Shown: positions 17,422-25,941 of the stretch, piece by piece
How positions within the stretch are numbered: the first letter of the stretch is position 1
Layout: each line of letters opens with the position of its first letter
Assembly (NCBI GenBank): GCA_001768155.1
Contig: MENC01000202.1
Span: 1,088-29,556 of the forward strand
DNA: 28,469 bases
DNA from: Bacteroidetes bacterium GWA2_30_7
GTDB taxonomy: Bacteria; Bacteroidota; Bacteroidia; Bacteroidales; GWF2-33-38
Direction of reading: 5' to 3'
Translations under genes and position numbers: made by a program
The notes under the pieces: generated by a model
Database searches by the model: none
Seen by the model: only the letters and a program-made list of their open reading frames with translations
What the model was told of the DNA's origin: nothing

Positions 17422-17958
17422 TTATACATTAAATCCAAAAATAAAAAAATAATATTCTTCAGAAAACTGCTCAAAACAATATTCAAGTTTGCTGTCAGTT
17501 CTTTTTACTATATCAATCATTCCTAATCCACCACCGCCTTTTTCCGAAAATTCTTCGTTATTTAAAACCATTTTATAAAGAGCTTTAATTTCTTCATGTG
17601 ATAATGAATTTAACTGTTCAATTCTGTCTTTTATAAAATGAATTTTATCTTTTTTAATAAAATTTCCAGTTATTACTTTAAAATTTTCACCATATTTTAA
17701 AACTGAAAAAATTGCATATTTATCAGGATTACCATTAAATTGATATTGCTCCGAATGATGATATAAGTTTTGTAAAGATTCAACTAATACATTATAAAGC
17801 TTTTTTGTTTGCCTAGAGTTATTATCAATTTCTTGTAGCTTATTCTCAATCATTTCTAACGTATCTGCAATTAATTCAGATGAAATAGAACCTTTATAAG
17901 TAAATAAAACATCATTTTTACTTATACTATCATACCAAGAATCTAAACTAAAACTCAT
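17422..17958 (-). CDS. siaB: SiaB family GHKL-like Ser/Thr protein kinase (DUF6272)
   Basis: YKGSISSELI, LVESLQNLYHH (E/N box), ITGNFI and G-rich SEKGGGGLGMIDI; directly upstream of siaC. Confidence 0.88.
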   Translation of the reverse strand: MSFSLDSWYDSISKNDVLFTYKGSISSELIADTLEMIENKLQEIDNNSRQTKKLYNVLVESLQNLYHHSEQYQFNGNPDKYAIFSVLKYGENFKVITGNFIKKDKIHFIKDRIEQLNSLSHEEIKALYKMVLNNEEFSEKGGGGLGMIDIVKRTDSKLEYCFEQFSEEYYFFIFGFNV

Positions 17959-17996
17959 TAATTTACTTTACAAACTAGATAAAATCCTTACTGACA

Positions 17997-18004
17997 CAAA
18001 TATA
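17997..18004 (-). promoter_or_regulatory. Candidate -7 box TATATTTG for siaBC
   Basis: Matches TAnnTTTG on the minus strand 38 nt upstream of ATG 17958. Confidence 0.55.
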
Positions 18005-18090
18005 AAAAAAATATTAATAATATATCATAAATTTAAAATAGTTGAACGCAGTTTATTAATTTTTTTTTTAAATTATCAATAATTGGCGAC

Positions 18091-18115
18091 AGATTGCTTC
18101 GTAACTCGTAACTAC
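18091..18115 (+). repeat. Degenerate copy of the AGATTGCTTCGTTCCTCGCAATGAC REP-like element
   Basis: agattgcttcgtaactcgtaactac matches the 22970 copy at 20/25 positions. Confidence 0.65.
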
Positions 18116-18191
18116 AATATACCACGAAATAGCAAGGTACGGAACTATCTTAATTTTAATTTTTTATTTTTTTTTACTGATTTTTGAGAAC

Positions 18192-18698
18192 TTACTTATT
18201 GTTCCTGATATATTTATATGTACTATTCCAAATATTGTTTCCAGAATAAGTTTTGAGAAAAGTTACCAAATCTTTTGTGCTGTTAATTTCATATTTCACA
18301 GAATCTTTATGAATTGTAGAAAAAATTAAAGAATCGTTAGAAAGATTAAACTTTATTATTAGAAAACCATCTTCAAGTTTATCTTTTTCGTAAAATCTAA
18401 CATTTGCATATTCGTTAGGTTTTAGTTTGGTTAAGAATGCTTTAGCCATTACAAATGAATCCGGATATTCATCAGGAATCATTTTTAAATTATAATTCTT
18501 ATTATCTATACTTGTTACTTCTAAAATATGTTTTTCTGTTGATGAACTTGTATCATTTTTAATTTCGATAAATCTCCAACTTCCAATTAAATCACTTTTA
18601 TAATATGATTTATTTTCTTTTCCGGCAGGAAATGACGAAAAATAATCACTACAAGAAGAAAAAAAAGATAATAGTAAAATAAAGAATATTAGTCTCAT
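18192..18698 (-). CDS. Lipoprotein of unknown function
   Basis: Lipobox FSSC at residues 13-16; beta-rich mature region. Confidence 0.75.
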   Translation of the reverse strand: MRLIFFILLLSFFSSCSDYFSSFPAGKENKSYYKSDLIGSWRFIEIKNDTSSSTEKHILEVTSIDNKNYNLKMIPDEYPDSFVMAKAFLTKLKPNEYANVRFYEKDKLEDGFLIIKFNLSNDSLIFSTIHKDSVKYEINSTKDLVTFLKTYSGNNIWNSTYKYIRNNK

Positions 18699-18791
18699 AA
18701 TAAAAATATAAAGTTTTTAAAAAAAATAAAAGTACAAAAATTTCAAAAATTATTTTACCTTTAATTGATTATTTTAATGTTTTAATAGTTA

Positions 18792-19547
18792 ATGATAAAC
18801 AATAAGAAGGTTGTAGTAGTGATGCCGGCTTATAATGCCGAAAAAACACTTCGAGAAACGTATAGTGAAATTCCATTTGATATTGTTGATGACGTAATTA
18901 TTGTAGATGATTGTAGTAAAGACCGAACCATAGAAGTTGCAAAAGAGTTAGGAATTACTCATATAATAAAACACGAAGTAAATAAAGGATATGGAGGTAA
19001 TCAAAAAACATGTTACAACAAAGCATTAAGTTTAGAAGCCGATATTGTAATAATGCTTCATCCTGATTATCAATATACTCCACGACTTATTCCATCAATA
19101 ACATATTTAATTGCTTTTGATTTATACCATGTAGTTTTAGGCTCACGAATACTTGGAAATGGAGCAATAAAAGGAGGAATGCCGATATATAAATTTCTGT
19201 TTAATAGATTTTTGACTTTTTTTCAAAATATCTTAATTGGAGCAAAACTATCTGAATATCACACTGGTTATAGAGCATTTTCAAAAGAGGTTTTGCAAAA
19301 AATAAACTATAAAGCAAATTCCGATAATTTTGTATTCGATAATCAAATGTTATCGCAAATAATCTTTGCCGGATACGAAATTGCCGAAGTTACTTGTCCT
19401 ACAAAATATTTTGCCGAAGCATCGTCAATAAATTTGAAAAATAGTACCATTTATGGACTTGGTGTTTTGAGCACATCGTTTAAACATTTATTCCAAAAAC
19501 TCGGAATTGCAAAATACGAAATGTACAATTTGAAAAAAAATGACTGA
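18792..19547 (+). CDS. GT2 family glycosyltransferase (polyprenyl-phosphate hexosyltransferase / DPM1-like)
   Basis: VVMPAYNAE, IIVDDCSKD, NKGYGGNQKT, HPDYQY, VLGSR and EYHTGYRAFS. Confidence 0.92.
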   Translation: MINNKKVVVVMPAYNAEKTLRETYSEIPFDIVDDVIIVDDCSKDRTIEVAKELGITHIIKHEVNKGYGGNQKTCYNKALSLEADIVIMLHPDYQYTPRLIPSITYLIAFDLYHVVLGSRILGNGAIKGGMPIYKFLFNRFLTFFQNILIGAKLSEYHTGYRAFSKEVLQKINYKANSDNFVFDNQMLSQIIFAGYEIAEVTCPTKYFAEASSINLKNSTIYGLGVLSTSFKHLFQKLGIAKYEMYNLKKND

Positions 19548-20508
19548 TTCGGTTAATCCCTGCGGATTCTGTAAAACAACCAATAGCAAAATAATGTATC
19601 CTGTGTCTGATATTTTCGGACATAATTTCAATATCAATAAATGTAATAATTGCTATGCTTTTTTTCTTTCGCCTACGCCAACTTTCGAGCAATTAGATAT
19701 GGCTTACGATTCGACGTATTATGGAAGCAACGAAAAAAAGTTTTCATTTCCAGTTATTGAACAAGTGCTGGACTATTTCCGAAGCGGAAGAGCCAGAAAA
19801 TTAGCAAAATATCTAAAAGAAAACGATGCTGTATTGGATATTGGCTGCGGAAACGGAAGATTTCTGATGTATTTGAATAAAATCGGAAATTACAAACTTT
19901 TTGGAACAGAACTACCCGGAAATTCTGCCGAACGAACATCAAAAATTAAAGAAATTAATTTGAAAATCGGAATGCTGGAACATTCAGATTTTGAGCCTGA
20001 AACATTTTCGGCAATTACACTTTTTCACGTTTTTGAACATTTAACCGAACCTAAAACAATTCTCGAAATTATTTCAAAAATTATAAAACCCAAAGGCATT
20101 TTAATAATGTCGTTTCCCAATATCGACAGCTTACAGGCAAAGTGGTTTAAGGGAAAATGGCTTCACCTTGACCCTCCACGACATTTGTTTTTCTTTGCAC
20201 CAAACGATTTTGAAAAACTGTTGAATTGTTATGGTTTTGAGCTGGTTGGCAAACAGTTTATGTCGTTTGAACAAAATCCATACGGAATGGTTCAAAGTAT
20301 TTTAAATAAAATAGTTACAAGGCGTGAAGTTTTATTCGAGCGACTTAAAGGAAATAACCATTACGCAAAGGAATATTCAAAATTAAATATTTTGCTGCAA
20401 AAGTTATTTTTTATTGCCACAATGCCGGTTTTTATGATTACAGATATTTTTGTAAGCCTTGCAGGGAAGGGGGCTACTGTGGAGTTTGTTTTTAGGAAGA
20501 GGAAATGA
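19540..20508 (+). CDS. Class I SAM-dependent methyltransferase with N-terminal Cys4 Zn ribbon
   Basis: CGFC...CNNC, motif I VLDIGCGNG, ITLFHVFEHL and FPNIDS...WLHLDPPRHLFFF; overlaps the GT2 stop by 8 nt. Confidence 0.9.
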   Translation: MTDSVNPCGFCKTTNSKIMYPVSDIFGHNFNINKCNNCYAFFLSPTPTFEQLDMAYDSTYYGSNEKKFSFPVIEQVLDYFRSGRARKLAKYLKENDAVLDIGCGNGRFLMYLNKIGNYKLFGTELPGNSAERTSKIKEINLKIGMLEHSDFEPETFSAITLFHVFEHLTEPKTILEIISKIIKPKGILIMSFPNIDSLQAKWFKGKWLHLDPPRHLFFFAPNDFEKLLNCYGFELVGKQFMSFEQNPYGMVQSILNKIVTRREVLFERLKGNNHYAKEYSKLNILLQKLFFIATMPVFMITDIFVSLAGKGATVEFVFRKRK

Positions 20509-20615
20509 AAATTCTATTTAGAGCGAATAAAATTTTAACATATAGTAAATATACACGCAATATGCAGGAATATTGGCGTTGTAAAGCATTTAACAAATTA
20601 GTAGTAACAGTTAAT

Positions 20616-21119
20616 ATGAGATTCAGATTTTACACGATAAAATTTATTGTATTATTGATTCTGTTGATACCATTTTATAGTTGTCTTTCAGTTGCGAAGA
20701 TTGGCGATTTTCCAAAATCTTCTACTGAAATTAATTTTGATAAATATTCAACAGAATACCAAGATAAAAAAGATCCAATTAGAACTTCCAATAAGTCTAA
20801 TGAATATTTCTTTGAACGAAATATAATAATGACAGAAGAAGATTTAACAGAAATCATCAAAGATGCATTAAAGGAAAAAGGCTACACAATATTTTCTTTT
20901 AGCCTCGAAAATGATAATGTTATTGGAAAACGTGGAATGCAAGCAAATGAATGGAATTCAATCACTGGAGTGTATTATAAAAATGACATTAATAAACAAA
21001 AATTACAAATTTATATAAATACGAAGATAACACAGGACTTTACTGGTGGGTGGAGCGAGAATAGAGCGAAAAAGATAGGATTGATAATTGACGCTAAGAT
21101 TGATTCAAAGAAAGAATAA
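20616..21119 (+). CDS. Lipoprotein of unknown function
   Basis: From ATG 20616: MRFRFYTIKFIVLLILLIPFYSC, a positively charged N-region, hydrophobic core and lipobox Cys. The 20505 extension has no signal-peptide character. Confidence 0.7.
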   Translation: MRFRFYTIKFIVLLILLIPFYSCLSVAKIGDFPKSSTEINFDKYSTEYQDKKDPIRTSNKSNEYFFERNIIMTEEDLTEIIKDALKEKGYTIFSFSLENDNVIGKRGMQANEWNSITGVYYKNDINKQKLQIYINTKITQDFTGGWSENRAKKIGLIIDAKIDSKKE

Positions 21120-21227
21120 AATGTCCTACTACAATTGCTCATACCCAATGTGAGTTTCGAGAGATTATATCACCTTCAGGTAAGTTGGACAGATTCAGGT
21201 AAAATCTAGTCGCAGTTGTTAAATTAA

Positions 21228-21983
21228 TTACAAATACCCCATCACAAAATAAACAACATAACCCGATATTTCGTGCATTATCAAAGTCCAATTGCTAAGT
21301 GCATCTACATTTGGAACAATTAAATGGTCGATTATATACCTTCTATCACCTGAATATCTGTCAACAACATAAGGAGTAACCTTAAAACCAACATTTTCAA
21401 AACAGCCTTTTGCCCGTCTCATGTGAAATGCAGATGTTATTAATAAACAACTACTTGAATCTGGAATAATTTTTTGGGATTCTATTGCATTTTCTCTTGT
21501 ATTTCGCGATATGTCTTCATATTCAATATCTTCGGAAGGAATACCAATTATTATTAAATGCGATTTAATTACTGCGGCTTCGTTATAATCGGCATCGACA
21601 ATGCTTCCCGAGCCACCAGAAAGGAATATTTTTTTTATTTTGCCCAATTTGTATAATTCAACAGCTTGGTAAACTCTATCGAAACTGCGTATAACACCAA
21701 TTCTATCAAACTGTTTATCGTACCAACTAACTCCGCCTAAAACAATTCCGTAATCATATTGAACCGTTATTGAATCAGTATTAAGTGCTTTAATTTCCCA
21801 AAAACGGAATACTTCGTCAACTATAAATGAATTTGTGAAAACTAAAAAAAGAACTAAGGTTATTATAAAACCACGTTTTTTTCGTTTAATGTTTTTAGTA
21901 AATATTGAATAAATCAAAAGTCCTAATATCCAAGTGATTGGAGTTATTAAAAAGAGTAATATTTTAGATAAATAAAAAAACAT
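21228..21983 (-). CDS. YdcF/ElyC (DUF218) family membrane protein
   Basis: Two N-terminal TM segments, GIVLGG, SGGSG, SRNTRENA and LITSAFHMRRA. Start moved to ATG 21983 (MFFYLSK); the 22058 extension is translated REP sequence. Confidence 0.9.
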   Translation of the reverse strand: MFFYLSKILLFLITPITWILGLLIYSIFTKNIKRKKRGFIITLVLFLVFTNSFIVDEVFRFWEIKALNTDSITVQYDYGIVLGGVSWYDKQFDRIGVIRSFDRVYQAVELYKLGKIKKIFLSGGSGSIVDADYNEAAVIKSHLIIIGIPSEDIEYEDISRNTRENAIESQKIIPDSSSCLLITSAFHMRRAKGCFENVGFKVTPYVVDRYSGDRRYIIDHLIVPNVDALSNWTLIMHEISGYVVYFVMGYL

Positions 21984-21997
21984 TTTCAAAAAAATTA

Positions 21998-22023
21998 AGA
22001 TTGCTTCGTTCCTCGCAATAACG
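21998..22023 (+). repeat. REP-like element in the GNAT-YdcF intergenic gap
   Basis: agattgcttcgttcctcgcaataacg matches 22970-22995 at 25/26 positions. Confidence 0.85.
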
Positions 22024-22042
22024 CTGTAATTTTTATATTTTA

Positions 22043-23236
22043 TTAAGTAAAAACACAATCTCCATCGCCATCTTGAATAACGAAATTATTACTATCGAAA
22101 TATTCTTTTAAATTATTAGAAATCAAATATTCACGAATCATTTTTTTCTTAAATAAACTATTTGTTTTTTGTTTCAAAAGTTGGTCAGAAATTTCATTAT
22201 TATAAGTTGTAAAAGTAGAAATTTTTAATTCAATTATCTGTTGCAAAATAACAAGAATTATTTCATGCAAATATTTTGATTTGTAAATGCAATATGGCAA
22301 TTTTAATGTGTTTTCTCGTTTTGTAAAAAACAGAAAAGCAACAACTTCATTGTTTTTGTTTCTTAATTTACAGCAAAAATTTTCAAAAGATTTAGCAACT
22401 GCTGAAAAGTAATATCTCTTATTAAGCGAATCAATTTTATCTGATTGAATAATCCAAGGATATTTAATAATCCAGTTAAAATCAACAGTTTCACGCTTAA
22501 ACAATTGTGTATTATTGTTTGAATTTATAAAGTTTTCTATTTCAGAATCAAATTTTGAAATTCGTTCAAGCTTTAACGATGAACTATTTTTATTTATAAA
22601 TAGAAAGCGAATATCAAACACAAAGTTTAAAACATTGTCTGTAATTGAAAGTAGGGATTTAATTTTGTGAAAAATCCTTTTCTTTGGAGGCAAAATGTGT
22701 TGTAAATCAAAACGATTGTAAAGTCTGATTCCGTTTAAGAAAGTTGAATTATTAAATGAATTTGTTTTTAAATACAGTTTTTTTGAAAGTGGTGCAAATT
22801 CGGTAATTAATATATTGCCACTCCATTCCGATAAGGCTTTTTCTACCAGTTGTGTTCCGAGCCCTTCTCCTCTCATCGTTTCATCTACCCAAAAACAGCT
22901 AAACCAGCCGAATTTTAGTTTTTCAATAATATTGCTATTGTTCGTGAAGCTATCTGTTAATGTTTGAATAGATTGCTTCGTTCCTCGCAATGACGAATCT
23001 CTATGTTTTGTAAGGGATTCTATAAATAAAAAATCTGGTAATATGCCCATGTAGCCAACTATTTCATTGTTTTTGAAGGCAATAATCATTATTATGTCGT
23101 TTTTGTCGGCTCGTGGATTGTGGAAATGCGATTTAGCACGATGTAACGAAATAGGAATATTTTTAAAATTGTAAAACCGCTCCAAATTAATGAGTTGTTC
23201 AAGTTCCACGATATTATATAATTTCAACTCTATCAA
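22043..23236 (-). CDS. GNAT-family N-acyltransferase carrying an in-frame REP-derived insertion
   Basis: IVGYMGILPD and acyl-CoA motif A FWVDETMRGEGLGTQL. The TTG start overlaps the TGA of the upstream deacetylase. Confidence 0.82.
   Translation of the reverse strand: MIELKLYNIVELEQLINLERFYNFKNIPISLHRAKSHFHNPRADKNDIIMIIAFKNNEIVGYMGILPDFLFIESLTKHRDSSLRGTKQSIQTLTDSFTNNSNIIEKLKFGWFSCFWVDETMRGEGLGTQLVEKALSEWSGNILITEFAPLSKKLYLKTNSFNNSTFLNGIRLYNRFDLQHILPPKKRIFHKIKSLLSITDNVLNFVFDIRFLFINKNSSSLKLERISKFDSEIENFINSNNNTQLFKRETVDFNWIIKYPWIIQSDKIDSLNKRYYFSAVAKSFENFCCKLRNKNNEVVAFLFFTKRENTLKLPYCIYKSKYLHEIILVILQQIIELKISTFTTYNNEISDQLLKQKTNSLFKKKMIREYLISNNLKEYFDSNNFVIQDGDGDCVFT
22931..22995. repeat. Intragenic REP-like dyad (intact arm 22970-22995, decayed inverted arm about 22931-22955)
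   Basis: AGATTGCTTCGTTCCTCGCAATGACG preceded by GAAGCTATCT (22946-22955), which is 9/10 complementary to AGATTGCTTC. Confidence 0.8.
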
Positions 23237-24258
23237 GTTCTTTTGATTTTATTTTTCCCAAAAATAGCTCTAAAAATGTAATAAATAAGCTCAGAATTAA
23301 TTATTTGTTTTGCCGATAAATTATTCATTTCTAACGATATTCTTTGAATGTTTTTTACTGCTGAATCGGCTTTAATTCCGGCACAACCGAACGAAATATC
23401 AACTTTGTTTTGATTATAAACTTCATCGAAAAATTGCTTTGAAACTCCATAATCGGTAAACGGAAATGAGAAATATTTATATTTAATGCCAAAGTCGTTA
23501 CAAATTCTATTTGTGCTTTTAATGGTTTGATTTAGTTGCTCTTCATATGAAATAAACCTGTATTCTGGATGGTCGATGCTGTGTGAACCAAAACGAAAAC
23601 CTTGTTCTTTGAGTGATAATATTTGTTTTGAAGTGAGATATGGCTTATTCTCCCTTAAATATTTTGTGAAATTATAATTTGCAGTGTTTGCCAAATTGGT
23701 TAAAATATCTTTATTTTCATAATTAATTAGCTGTAAGTGCTTTATGAGCTTTTTAAATTCTCGTCTAATTAGATAATTTGCATACTTACCTGCATCAATA
23801 TTTGGTTTCGATAAAAGAGTGTATTCAATTAATAAACTTGTTTTGTATCTGTAAAACAATGCTTTATTGTCGATAAATTCAGAATTTAAAAAGCAAATTG
23901 CAGGTATTCCTTTTCGATATAAAATTGGAGCAATAATGTCGTGAAACTCTCTTAGTCCATCGTCAAAAGTAAGTAAAAATGAAGGTTTTGTAATTGTTTT
24001 TTTATTCTGTATATAATAATCTAAATCAGCATAATCTAGTGGTTTGTAATTTTTTAAAAGAAATTCTAAATCAGCTTCAAATTGCTTAACAGTTTTTACT
24101 TGATATAAATGTTTTATATGAATAGGTGCTTCATCGGAAATGCAATGGTAAAAAGGAAAAATAACTTTTTGTCCTGTGATATTTGTGAGAGTTTTGGTTG
24201 GAATATTTCCAGCTAATTTATTGATTGAGTGTATAAAGTTTTCACGAATTTTTAGCAT
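23233..24258 (-). CDS. Polysaccharide deacetylase (CE4/NodB family)
   Basis: FPFYH, motif 1 LTFDDG, GSHSIDH, FSFPF and SFGCAG. Confidence 0.88.
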   Translation of the reverse strand: MLKIRENFIHSINKLAGNIPTKTLTNITGQKVIFPFYHCISDEAPIHIKHLYQVKTVKQFEADLEFLLKNYKPLDYADLDYYIQNKKTITKPSFLLTFDDGLREFHDIIAPILYRKGIPAICFLNSEFIDNKALFYRYKTSLLIEYTLLSKPNIDAGKYANYLIRREFKKLIKHLQLINYENKDILTNLANTANYNFTKYLRENKPYLTSKQILSLKEQGFRFGSHSIDHPEYRFISYEEQLNQTIKSTNRICNDFGIKYKYFSFPFTDYGVSKQFFDEVYNQNKVDISFGCAGIKADSAVKNIQRISLEMNNLSAKQIINSELIYYIFRAIFGKNKIKRT

Positions 24259-25298
24259 GGAACAATAATTTCATGAATATTTCCATCAATTATTTCACGT
24301 TTTATATAATTTCCTATTAAGGTTGGTGCTTTAATTCCATTATGGAATTTAATTTTTGAAGTAAAAACACCGGCTTCGTCCCATAAATTTTTTTGAATAA
24401 ATGTATTTAATAGCATCGAACCGCCCTCAACCATAATTGATTGTATTTTTCGTTTATGAAGTATAGTTAGCATTTGCTCTAACCAGTTTTCATCAAAATC
24501 AATATTTATGTACTCTGTATTTGGCGAACTTACTTCATTTTTAACCTCTGTAAAAATAAGTGTTGGAATTGAGCCATCAAACAAATACAAACTTTTTGTA
24601 AGACGTAATGTTCTGTCAATTACAATTCTTGTTGGGTTTTTGCCTGTCCATTCACGTGTATTTAATTTTGGATTATCTAATAATGCGGTTTGAGTGCCAA
24701 CCATAATTGCTTGTTCTTCGGAACGCCATTTATGAGTTAAAATTCGGTGAAATTTATCAGAAATATTTGCAGGAGATTTATCGCTCGAAGTCCTTATTCT
24801 ATCTATAAATCCATCGCTGGTTTGTGCCCATTTTAATAAAATAAAAGGTCGCTTTTTTTCGTGAAATGTAAAAAATCTTTTGTTTAACTCTCTACATTCT
24901 TTTTCTAAAACTCCAACTTTGACATTACATCCGGCATCGAAAAGCTTTTTTATTCCATTTTCGCAAACAATTTCGTTCACATCGGTAGTTCCAATTACAA
25001 CATTTGGAATTTTATTTTCGATGATAAAATCGGCACAGGGAGGGGTTTTGCCAAAATGCGAACAGGGTTCGAGATTAACATAAAGTGTTGCTTTTTGTAA
25101 AAGAGATTTGTCTTTTACCGAATTTATTGCATTAACTTCTGCGTGAGCTTTTCCATATTGCTGATGAAAGCCTTCTCCAATAATTTGATTATCAAACACA
25201 ATTACAGAGCCAACCATCGGATTTGGAGCAGTATTACCAAGCCCCAGAGATGCCAACTCAAGGCAACGGTGCATGTATTTTTCTGAAAATTGAAACAT
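24252..25298 (-). CDS. ribD: Bifunctional riboflavin biosynthesis deaminase/reductase
   Basis: PNPMVGSV, Zn motifs HAE and LEPCSHFGKTPPC, LKWAQTSDGFI, VGTQTALLDNPKL and MVEGG. Confidence 0.96.
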   Translation of the reverse strand: MFQFSEKYMHRCLELASLGLGNTAPNPMVGSVIVFDNQIIGEGFHQQYGKAHAEVNAINSVKDKSLLQKATLYVNLEPCSHFGKTPPCADFIIENKIPNVVIGTTDVNEIVCENGIKKLFDAGCNVKVGVLEKECRELNKRFFTFHEKKRPFILLKWAQTSDGFIDRIRTSSDKSPANISDKFHRILTHKWRSEEQAIMVGTQTALLDNPKLNTREWTGKNPTRIVIDRTLRLTKSLYLFDGSIPTLIFTEVKNEVSSPNTEYINIDFDENWLEQMLTILHKRKIQSIMVEGGSMLLNTFIQKNLWDEAGVFTSKIKFHNGIKAPTLIGNYIKREIIDGNIHEIIVPC

Positions 25299-25303
25299 TA
25301 ATG

Positions 25304-25311
25304 CAAAATTA
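25304..25311 (-). promoter_or_regulatory. Candidate -7 box TAATTTTG only 5 nt before the ribD ATG
   Basis: Minus strand reads TAATTTTG-CATTA-ATG. Confidence 0.5.
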
Positions 25312-25439
25312 AATCAATTTTTTAAATTGGGTGCTTAAATGACTTTTATTCAAAATTTATATCGTTTTATTTTTAAACGAAATTTTGTATATTCTCAATA
25401 CATAAGGGTAAAATCCATATCTGTACAAAATCCAATAGA

Positions 25440-25544
25440 ACACAGATGAAACGGATTAGACTGATTGGTCTTGGGTCTAATTGGCTGATGAGGTTAATGA
25501 AACGTTTGTAAATGCTTATTATTTTTAATCAAATCAGCCGTTTT
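25440..25544. repeat. Degenerate 9-mer tract with an inverted partner
   Basis: acacagatg aaacggatt agactgatt at 25440-25466; GGCTGAT (25483-25489) and ATCAGCC (25533-25539) form an inverted pair. Confidence 0.45.
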
Positions 25545-25905
25545 AACCCATGACCATTTGCATATTTTAATTTCATTAAGTGGTATCATAATATTTTACT
25601 TTATTGCTTATTTGTAAAATGTCTGCTAACATTTCGCTAAACGAATAATTGCGTTTATTTTTTTTAAATGTAATTTAACTAAATCCTTTTTCTTTAAGAT
25701 GTTGTAAATGTAAAAAATATTTATGTTTTGCAATAAAATATTTCTATAAGATAATCAATTGAATTATAATCTAATGTGAACATATCACTGCCAAAATAAG
25801 CCAGACTTACAGGTTTAATGAAAATTCATAATTCTTTTTTATAATGTTCAGAGTCTAATTTCGTAATTTAATTTTCAAGAAATTACATTTTGTAAAATAT
25901 TTAAT

Positions 25906-25913
25906 TATTTTTG
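25906..25913 (+). promoter_or_regulatory. Candidate -7 box TATTTTTG for the oxidoreductase gene
   Basis: Matches TAnnTTTG 28 nt upstream of ATG 25942; the nearest TTTG is too close to be a canonical -33 box. Confidence 0.45.
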
Positions 25914-25941
25914 TTATCTAATCATATTAAAACTCAAATAT

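Noticed and set aside
20505-20615. 37-aa N-terminal extension of the lipoprotein ORF
   Set aside because: It would bury the signal peptide; ATG 20616 gives a proper lipoprotein signal.
21984-22058. N-terminal extension of YdcF (MCFYLIKYKNYSVIARNEAILIFLK)
   Set aside because: It overlaps the GNAT 3' end, and VIARNEAI is simply the translated REP element. ATG 21983 gives a normal TM N-terminus.
25446-25511. 21-codon ORF MKRIRLIGLGSNWLMRLMKRL as a possible leader peptide
   Set aside because: It begins inside the nonamer repeat tract, lies over 400 nt from the downstream gene, and has no attenuator structure.
25774-25791. atgtgaacatatcactgc as a Rex or CRP/FNR-type site upstream of the oxidoreductase
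   Set aside because: Half-site spacing is off by one for both consensus patterns and the right arm is poor, so it is not distinguishable from chance in AT-rich DNA.
25312-25941. Moco/Tuco or FMN riboswitch
   Set aside because: I could not find the conserved cores by eye; only a covariance-model scan could exclude this fully.
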